Of a DNA stretch of 64,000 nucleotides, positions 12,146 to 20,976 are shown in pieces (position 1 is the stretch's first letter; each line of letters starts with the position of its first letter). The DNA comes from Lytechinus pictus (taxonomy: Eukaryota). The notes beneath the pieces are model-generated. The model did no database searches. It saw only the letters and a list, made by a program, of their open reading frames with translations, and was not told the DNA's origin. The stretch spans positions 38,814,001 to 38,878,000 of the forward strand of contig NC_087251.1 in the NCBI RefSeq assembly GCF_037042905.1. The letters are read 5' to 3'. The translations under genes and the position numbers were made by a program.

Positions 12146-12748
12146 AATCATTATGGAAGAGTGTAAATACTCGCTGTGATTTCGATCTCATACCTATAAA
12201 AAAAAATAGAACAGCTACGCCTTGAACACAGGCCAAAATGCCTAACGATTTCTCCGCGGCATTAACAACTATCGTAAAGGGCGCTCCATTTATCAATAAA
12301 GATGGATGTTAAGCTGTCTATGGCGACAAGATTTGCCGCAAATATTTACGAAGAATTGTGAGAAATGGTCTGAAAATGCAACAAAAGAACCGGTGAGTAC
12401 CGATTAAACATTATCAATTTATTTAATAGAACATATTTCATGACTACAATTCAACAATTTCTAGATAATATTGCTTAGTTCTAAGCTAGGGCGGCCCAAA
12501 TGCGCGTGAGTGGAGTCCCAGTTTATTAGCACGGGTAAGTATTGGGGTGTCGCCTAGAGTGGTCTTCTCCACGCCCTTTACGATAGTTGTTAATGCCGCG
12601 GAGAAATCGTTAGGCATTTTGGCATGTGTTCAAGGCGTTCTTTCTGTTTTATTTTTTATATTGAAGATTGTGCATTTGTTGAATAGCGCCGTCTACGTCA
12701 GGTATGAGATCGAGTGTATAAATACACTCTTCCAAAATAATTATGATT
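12146..12748. repeat. Inverted repeat: arms ~12146-12282 and ~12572-12748 around a ~290-bp spacer
   Basis: ACGCCTTGAACACAGGCCAAAATGCCTAACGATTTCTCCGCGGCATTAACAACTATCGTAAAGGGCG is the near-exact reverse complement of 12572-12638. Outer blocks GGAAGAGTGTA/TACACTCTTCC and CGATCTCATACCT/AGGTATGAGATCG also pair. Confidence 0.9.
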
Positions 12749-15240
12749 AGGACCTGGCGCTGTTTAACTTCAATCTCTTTCACCTAAATTAGCGATGAAT
12801 GCTAGCATTATAAAATATATATTATTAACGTCTGACGAAAAGAATAACCAACCGATCAGCTGACGAGAACGCGAATCACGTGATCTTCATATCAGCTTCG
12901 ATCGCGAGTCAGAAGTGAAGAGCAACTGCCCAGAAAATCAGGAAAACCGTGAAAATGTAAGTTCCCCTTCATTTCTTTCATTTTTTTGTTGTTGCTAACG
13001 ATGCATTTACACTATAAAATTATAATTTAAATAAGAGAAAGGAATATAGCTTGTACTTGTGATATAATATATAAATATCCTGTTCTCAGAGATTTCTAAC
13101 CAAAAATACTACTGATGTCGCCTATGAGGTCCATACATGTAATGTTTGGACCTCATTGGTACTAGGAGTGGTCTTCTCACCAATTTTCGAATAAAAAATG
13201 CCATTCTTCTATAATAACTTCATAAATCATGCCATTTATTTAAATACTTGATTAAAATATTGCTTGGATGTAGTATTCTTGATAATATATAGACTCTCAT
13301 CATAATTTTACTTTTCTATTCATCTTAGAAAGCTAGTCTACTCTATCAGACCACATGAGACGAGTGAAAAGACATTTCATGACTATATTCATGACCAACG
13401 CATCTCTTACGATAAAAGATGCAGCAAATCTTTCTGAAATAGACTAAAATAGACAATAAACATTCTAAATAATATTTAGAATGTCTTGAAATCATTGATT
13501 TCTAATATTATCATATTAAAATGGGGTATTTTTTATATCAATTGGTAATAATGAATATGTGATCGATCAATCTAATCGTGGATGAGCACTGAACCAACTT
13601 ACCTTTTCCTGTATTATTTTTTTCAATTCATTCAACGGTTTGTTTGCAGAATCAGGGTCATAAAATGTGTTCTGAAATGTTGCTTTATTATTATATATCT
13701 AAATAAATAATGACGATGATACTATTATTGCCCTGGCTTTAGCACGCTATAATCTGATCGCATTCAAGGAATCTCTTCCTAGGTTATTTTTCATCTTTTC
13801 TAATTCTCCTAAATTACTAAGATTTTATATAAGGTATTTTTATACAAATAGCCTGAGAATTTTTCTTCTTTATGCCAATATGTTTTTTTTCTGGTAAAGC
13901 CTATTCATGTCTATACAAGTTTTGATAGTTTGTAATCCATCATAGGTAAATTTTATTATTTTTCATTTTACTTTTTATTCATAACCAAGTGTGGTAGTGT
14001 ATGCAGCCCTTTGATTCCTCTTTTATTGTCTTCCCTTGTTCAGATTTGGTGTAGCCTATGGGGAGGATATTGAAGGTCTTTGCCAGCTACTTTCCAGCAA
14101 AACAAAATGAAGAGTTATTTTTGCAGGTGAGCAGATACTACAATGAAATATTGGATGACTGTAATTTTAATTATTCCACTGGATGAATGCTTAACGTATT
14201 CAGGAATACGACATCATTACTTGGTTTTGTTTTCTTGTTGATGATTTAATTTAGAAATATGTAAAGTTATGTGAAATTCGAATTTCAAAACTACCACTTG
14301 GAGAGTGTTCAGATTTCATATCTCGATTGCTATATGCGCTAGTTTAAAGGCAAATTGACACTTACGATTGGTGCAATAAGGGGGGGGGGGGGCTCTTGTT
14401 AACAGTAATGGTTTTATAGACACCAAATGTCAAATGCCCGCACTAGTGTGCTTGCCCTTTGAATTCTTACAATGAAAAGTGAAATCTTCATGCTGCAATT
14501 TTAGTCCCATATACACATAATTGTTGTAAAGACAAAACAGAAATATAATCTAATGACTTCAATATTGCATTTCACCTTGTGAAAAGTTTGATCTGATTTT
14601 AACAATTCCAATTATTTGTAGTAATCAATATTTGTTCGTTTTTTTTTTCTTCTTTTCTTACATGTAGCACCCCCAGAGAGCCTTCAGCTAGTTCCAGTAA
14701 AGTGTGTATGAATCTGTTATCATGTCACTATCGGGTTTTTCTAGTGAGAGCATGGTCATCATCACAGAGTAATATTTAGTCCTGAAGTTTCATATTGCAT
14801 GTAAGTACAGATTACCACTAATAACCGGGGATGGGGTAGAGTGCCCTCTCAACAGAATTTGTCACTACCCACCCCCCAAAAAAAGAGATTGGGGTGGAGG
14901 TGCTTGTCAGAAAATAATGGACGGGAAAGTGCCTCTAAAAATATAAAACGGGGGGGGGGGGGGGAATTTGGAGTGGGGAATGGGTATTGTATAAAATAAA
15001 CTCAGGTACAAATTTAACTTGCCTTGCATTAAAAGGTATTCAAGAGTGCCACTCGTCAACATGCATATATTTATAAAAAGTTATAGAAATCTGTGATATA
15101 TAGTGGTGATGAAAAATAATAGCATTCTGTGATTAATGTCAATAACAATATAACAATATAACAAGTCTAGGTAGAAATGGTAATATTAACAATGATAAAT
15201 AAAGGTAACAATAACATATTAAATTATGAATTATTGCATT

Positions 15241-15257
15241 ATCTTTCTCTTTTTCAG
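15241..15257 (+). promoter_or_regulatory. Probable 3' splice acceptor just upstream of the transposase ATG
   Basis: Polypyrimidine tract ATCTTTCTCTTTTTCAG ends 5 nt before ATG 15263, implying spliced 5' exons upstream. Confidence 0.65.
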
Positions 15258-15262
15258 ATCAA

Positions 15263-18200
15263 ATGCTAAAATCAGAGAAAGCATCATCTACAATGGCAAG
15301 TCCAACAAACTGGCAACTTTGTGCTCTTTGTCAGGAACATTCGGATAATGATCTATTAAGAGATGCTCGTAGAGCCAGCAATCAGTCAAGTCGAGAAGTC
15401 TATGAGAAACTTGCTCAGAACCTCAGAACACTGCATGATCTAGGTGCCTTGCCTTGTGGGATAAACATTTCCCGACTGGATGAAGGTTGTGGTATTGCAG
15501 AGACGCTAGCTTTGCATGCTGCCAAATGGCACAAAAAATGTTACAGGCAATGTTGCGGTTATAGAGTGGGCCGAGCTGAATCAGTTGCAATGAAGCAGAG
15601 TGCAGACAACAAACTTGATGATGCAGCTTTCTCACCTGTAAGGAAAAGACTAAGAACAAGCTTGGCATCTTCATCTGAAGAACAGAAAAACACTAAGACA
15701 TGTTTCTTTTGCGATGATGTTATTACTAATGATCAAGTAGTTCACAGGGCAGCAACAATAAATTTAGATTCAAAAGTTAGAATGATGGCGACAGAGCTGA
15801 GAGAAACCAAACTTCTTACTAAATTATCAGTAGGTGATATGACAGCATCAGGTGCCGTATATCACAAGAAATGTCTGACTGCCCTATACACCAGATACAG
15901 ATCATTTGAAAGAAAGAAGGAAGTACTTACCAGTTCAAATGAAAATATGCAACCGGAATCGGTAGCATTGGCAGAATTGATATCCCATTTGGAAGAAATG
16001 AAGTTGACAGATGGCAGTTGTAATGCATTCAAGCTTGCAGATCTTGTAAAACTTTATACAGAGCGTTTGAAGCAACTAGGAGGTGATATTTCGAAGAAGA
16101 TTAATTCAACTCACATTAAAGACAAGCTTCTCAGACAACTTCCATATCTTGAGGCACATACAACCAATTATGAGGTAGTTTTGTCGTTTAAAGAGGACAC
16201 TGGTGACACTTTATTGAACACCTGTAGACAAGGCTCTGATGATGATGATGCTGTAATCTTAATGAGAGCAGCTAAGATTGTGCGCAGAGATATTTTGGAA
16301 AGGCATCATCTCTTCAATGGATCTCTTCTTGACGAATCGTGTAACACCACAGCTCAATCATTAACCACCTTGATGCAAATGATCCTTGTGGGTACCAACA
16401 TTAAAAAACAGATGACAAAGAAAAAGAGCATCCATGTGCAATCCATAAGTCAGCTTGTCACATTCAACACTGTTAAACGAGGTAGACCTGAAACCGCACG
16501 AGCCCGTCATAGTTTGGAGCGTGAAACCTCTTTGCCTGTCTACCTTGGTCTCCTCATTCATAATAAGACAAGGAAAAGGGATCTTGTGGACATCCTTTTT
16601 CAGCATGGTTTGTCAGTGTCATATGACCGCGTCCTCCAAATATCCGTAGATGAAGCTAACAAGGCTATCGAAGTCTATGAAAATGACCGAGTGGTGTGTC
16701 CAACTAAACTGCGAAGTGGGTTGTTCACAACAGGGAACCTGGACAACATTGATCACGATCCATCAGCAGGATCCTCGCGAACTTCCTTTCATGGGACAGC
16801 AATTTCGCTTACACAACATGTCTCACAAGACAATAAAGGTACCGTTAGGAATCATGAGAATGTCGCTGAGAATGGAAAGAGTAAGCATAGGAAAACCATT
16901 GATGCCCTACCAACATCTTACAGTGATGTCCCTCCTGCGGCATTTCCATCTAATCAGCCCATTCCAAGAAAACCTAAGCATCAATCAACTCCAACTGTTT
17001 CTACAAGAATAGAGGACAAGGACAGTCAGTGGCTTTCCTTTGTACACAAACTGCGGGAGAATGGAGGTCTCGAGGGTGAAAAGGACATATCCTGGTCAGC
17101 CTACATGGCAAATTTACAGGTTGGAGTTCCTCGACCACCTGCTATTACAGGACTGTTACCTATGTTCCGTGAGAGTGCCCATACATTAGAGATGGTGAAA
17201 CATGGGATGAACTCGATCAAGCAGGCAGCAGAACTACTGAATCCCGGGCAAGTTCCTGTTCTCACTGTTGACCAACCCCTCTATGCTATTGCTAAGAAGA
17301 TTCAGTGGACATGGCCAAATGTATACGGCGAAGACAAGTTTGTGGTGATGATGGGAGGACTTCACATAGAGATGGCCTTGTTGAAAGTGATCGGTGACTT
17401 CTTGGAAGGGAGCGGTTGGACGAGTGTGATCACTAATGCAGGTGTAACAACAGAAGGAAGAGCCGAGAGTCTTCAAAAAGGATCACAGACTTCAAGGGCT
17501 CAATGGGCACACCAGGTTACTGCTGCAGCACTTCATTCTCTTCAGCAATCAGCATACCAAGACTATGTAAAAACATGTGCAAGTGAAAACATCCAATCGT
17601 TTGATGCTTGGAAGCTCAAGATGGCAACAGATTATCCCCAGTTTTGTTACTGGAATAAGGTTTTGCAGTTGGAATGCCTTCTCCTAGCATTCCTAAGATC
17701 ACAAAGGGAAGCTAACTACATGATGTACGTGGAGGCCCTTAAGGCGATCATTCCATGGCTGTTTGCAATGGATCATTACCATTACAGTGCATATCATGGA
17801 TCTCCAGGATCTTCCAATCAATCCCATGGATACCCATAATTCCTTCACCGATGGGAACTTTGTTACTCAAAAGTCATCACACAGATTCTCTGCATTAGCA
17901 CATGACCAAGTACATGAACAGCAGAATGCTGTAGTCAAAGGTGATGGTGGGGTAATAGGAATCACTGAGAATGAAGCTGCTCTTTGTCGATGGATGGTGG
18001 CTGGTCCAGAAATAGCAAGAATTATGAGTGAATATGAGGACCAGTTCCAGAGCGAGAAGGAACCTGATGTTCGCCATCATGAGCAACTACCAAGCATGCA
18101 GAAATCCTTTGCAACAGATCTCAACAATACAATAAGTTCATTTGAGAAACTGGGGAATCCATTTGATGAAGACACTAAAGATCTGTACGTGCTTGACACC

Positions 18201-19850
18201 AAGGTCGTCATGCCCCATGAAGCAGTCGCAACACTCAGATCAATAGAGGAAACTGGCAAGGCACAACATAACAAATTTCTGGAGAGAATGAAAGATCCTT
18301 CTGGAAAATTCTATGACAAAATTTCAAAGAACAATCTGGCAATATTCAAATCCAAGGCCAAGAAAGTACATGCCAAGTCTTTGGTGAAGATGACTAATAT
18401 GAAAAGCAATGTTGAGCTATTTTCTCGAATGTACATTTCTTGTCAAGCTAGAGATGGTGATATCGACACATTCTTTGAACATGAATGTCACAGTTGGCCC
18501 CCAGCATTGGCAGAGAATATTGATACAATGCGCCCTCCAACCAGCAAAGCTGATCTTGTGCCTTGTTTGGAAGCTCTTGTACCCCGTACCAAGGACATAC
18601 CCAAAGCAGAAGTTTGCATTTTCGATGGGGCAGCCCTAGTGCATCAGTTGGAACCCAAAAAATGCAATGATGTAATCAAGACATTTGGAGATTATGCAGA
18701 GAAGCAGTTCCTTCCATACATTGCCCGAAAATTAAATGAGGAGACGGTGGTACGTGTCGATGTTGTGTGGGATACATATAGAACCGACAGCCTAAAAGGA
18801 GGCACCAGGCTTGGTCGGGGTACTGGCATGCCACTTCATGTAACTGAACAAACACCAGTACCTCTAAACTGGAGCAGCTTCCTTCGTGTAGATTCTAACA
18901 AGAAGACATTGTTCAATTTCCTTGCTGCTTCTCTACAAACAATGAGTGTTCCAGATGGAAAAACTCTACTTACAACCCAGGAAGAAGAGGTTAAATCAAA
19001 ACCCTCCTTAAATGTTTGGCAGAACATTCAACCATGTACACATGAAGAAGCAGATTCACGCATGGTGCTTCATGCTTGGCAGGCATATCAGCAAGGATTC
19101 AGAAGTATTATCATTCATGCTACAGACACAGATGTGGTTGTGTTGGCTATCGCAATGGCCAGTAAAATGGATGGCGTCGCATTGTGGTTGGCCTTTGGAC
19201 ATGGAAGAATTCTGAGGTACATAGCAGCTCATACTATTTCGAGAAAGCTGGGCCTCGAACGTTCATGGGGACTACTGTTCCTGCATGCTGTTACTGGATG
19301 TGATACCGTTTCTGCTTTATCTGGGATAGGCAAGAAGACTGTGTGGGATGTATGGAATTCCATGCCAAACTTAGGAGAGGTCTTCAATCGTCTCTCGAAT
19401 GCACCATTTGAAGTAACAAATGATGACATGGACACAATTGAAAGGTTCTTTGTTGTCCTGTACAGTAGAACTTCCTCTCTGAAGAAAGTAAATGAAGCAC
19501 GTAAGCAGCTATTTGCTCAGGGGAATCGACAGCTGGAAAACATTCCACCAACTAAAGAAGCACTGCGTCAACATGTGAAGAGGGCAGTCTATCAAGCAGG
19601 TCACATATGGGGACAATCTCAAAAAGCAAACCCAGAGCTGCCTTCGCCTGCAGATTGGGGATGGACAAAGGATGATGAGGGATGGCATCCATTCTAGACA
19701 GTACTGCCAGAGGCGTCAAAAAGCTGCAGAGAGCTGATCAGATGCAAGTGTAGAAAGCGGTGCACTGGAAATTGCAAATGTTCTGCAGCTAATCTACCAT
19801 GCACAGGACTATGTTTTTGTTCAGGACAATGCTTTCGACATGAAGAATAG
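15263..19850 (+). pseudogene. Academ transposase with XPG/FEN1-like nuclease and C-terminal CXC (Cys-rich) domain; two inactivating lesions
   Basis: ORFs 15263-17839 and 17763-19697 join by a frameshift at ~17785. Read-through of TAG 19695-19697 gives TVLPEASKSCRELIRCKCRKRCTGNCKCSAANLPCTGLCFCSGQCFRHEE* (stop ends 19850). Motifs: N-terminal CxxC/H..C Zn motifs, NLDNIDH, FHGT, DQPLY, MGGLHIEM, DQVHEQ; FEN/XPG acidic motifs FDG, VVWD, HEEAD, DTDV; H3TH-like GCDTVSALSGIGKKT. Confidence 0.88.
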
Positions 19851-20084
19851 GAGAGTCAAGTTGGATTGAGAATTTATGGACCATGTATCATTGCTTACAC
19901 ATTTGAATGACACTAAAGCAGGTATGAGACTTTTTTTTTTCAGACCGAATAGTCAGATTGCTTGAACGGCATTTGTTTTCAACCAACATTCCAAAATAAC
20001 TTTGCGTCCAGAAATACCCAGAATGAAAAATGTGACAACTCATTTAGAAGAGATAAAAATTTATTTCTGCCATTTATGAATTTA

Positions 20085-20976
20085 AGATGTCCGCCATCTT
20101 GGAGCTGAAGATGGCGTTTGACCCAGTGGTCAGATGGCAATGAGCAACGAAAATACCTTGATTGTGTGCCAAATTACTGTGCCATAGATCATGCAAATTA
20201 GATTGTGGAGAGAATGATACAAAGCAATTTTTCATGACGGCCATCTTGAATTTCAAGATGGTTGCCGACCCAGTGGTCTGATCACTTGGGGCCAGCATTT
20301 TTCTTAAGCAGTGCTTCAAAATACTCCCGTATGCCAAATTACAGAGTGACAGCTCAAGTAGAACGAAACAAGACAAGGTGGGGGAGGGGGATATGTCGGC
20401 CATCTTGGAATTCAAGATGGCCGCCATCTTAGAAATGAAGATGGCGGCTGATCTGATTGTCAGATTGCATAGGGCCGATGATTTTTGAAATTGGCATCCC
20501 AAAATACCCCTGTTTGCCACATTTCAGTGTCAGATGTGATGTATAACTCAAGAAAATTAGAAAAATGATTTTTGATGGCGGCCATCTTGGATTTCAAAAT
20601 GGTGGCCGACCCGGTGATCAGATCGCTTGGGGCCGGCAATTTTTGAAATCAGCGTCCCAAATTACGCATATATGCCAAATTTTAATATAGGAATTCAAAA
20701 GAAACTTGAGAAAGTGTTTTCAATAATATTTCATGGCGGCCATTTTGCCGCCGACCAAATAATCAAATTGCTTGGGGCTGACAATATTTGAAATCAGTAC
20801 CTCAAAATACCCCTGTATACCAAATTTCAGTGTCACATGCCATGTAAAACTCAAGAAAGTGATATTTATTGATTTTTCATGGCGGCCATCTTGGATTTCA
20901 AAATGGCGGCCGAACCGATGGTCAGATCGCTTGGGGCCGGCAATTTTTGAAATCAGCGCGCAAAAATACCCCTGTA
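20085..20976 (-). repeat. Right subterminal repeat array of the Academ element (~6 units, ~150-170-bp period), inverted relative to the left array
   Basis: ATGGCGGCCATCTTGGATTTCAARATGGCGGCCGA...CAGATCGCTTGGGGCC...AAATACCCC units near 20090, 20235, 20400, 20575, 20735 and 20880. Confidence 0.85.

Larger units (their letters stand above)
6329..20976 (+). mobile_element. Academ-superfamily (AcademX-type) DNA transposon, ~14.6 kb including nested repeats
   Basis: 98-bp inverted repeat 6386-6483 vs 20879-20976 (3 mismatches by eye), embedded in arrays of AAGATGGCCGCCAT subterminal repeats at both ends. Encloses a ~1530-codon transposase-XPG-Cys-rich gene, the architecture described for Academ. 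Exact termini and TSD are not recoverable. Confidence 0.8.

Noticed and set aside
17763..17839. Programmed ribosomal frameshift or two-gene organisation of the Academ ORFs
   Set aside because: There is no slippery heptamer, and conserved residues seem to be missing at the junction, which fits a small deletion better.
15423..19435. Short overlapping or antisense ORFs within the transposase, and likewise within the LINE and Penelope regions
   Set aside because: They are shadow frames of real coding sequence with no recognisable motifs.
17763..19697. Host XPG/FEN1/asteroid DNA-repair gene
   Set aside because: It is intronless, fused to a transposase-like region and enclosed by inverted terminal arrays.
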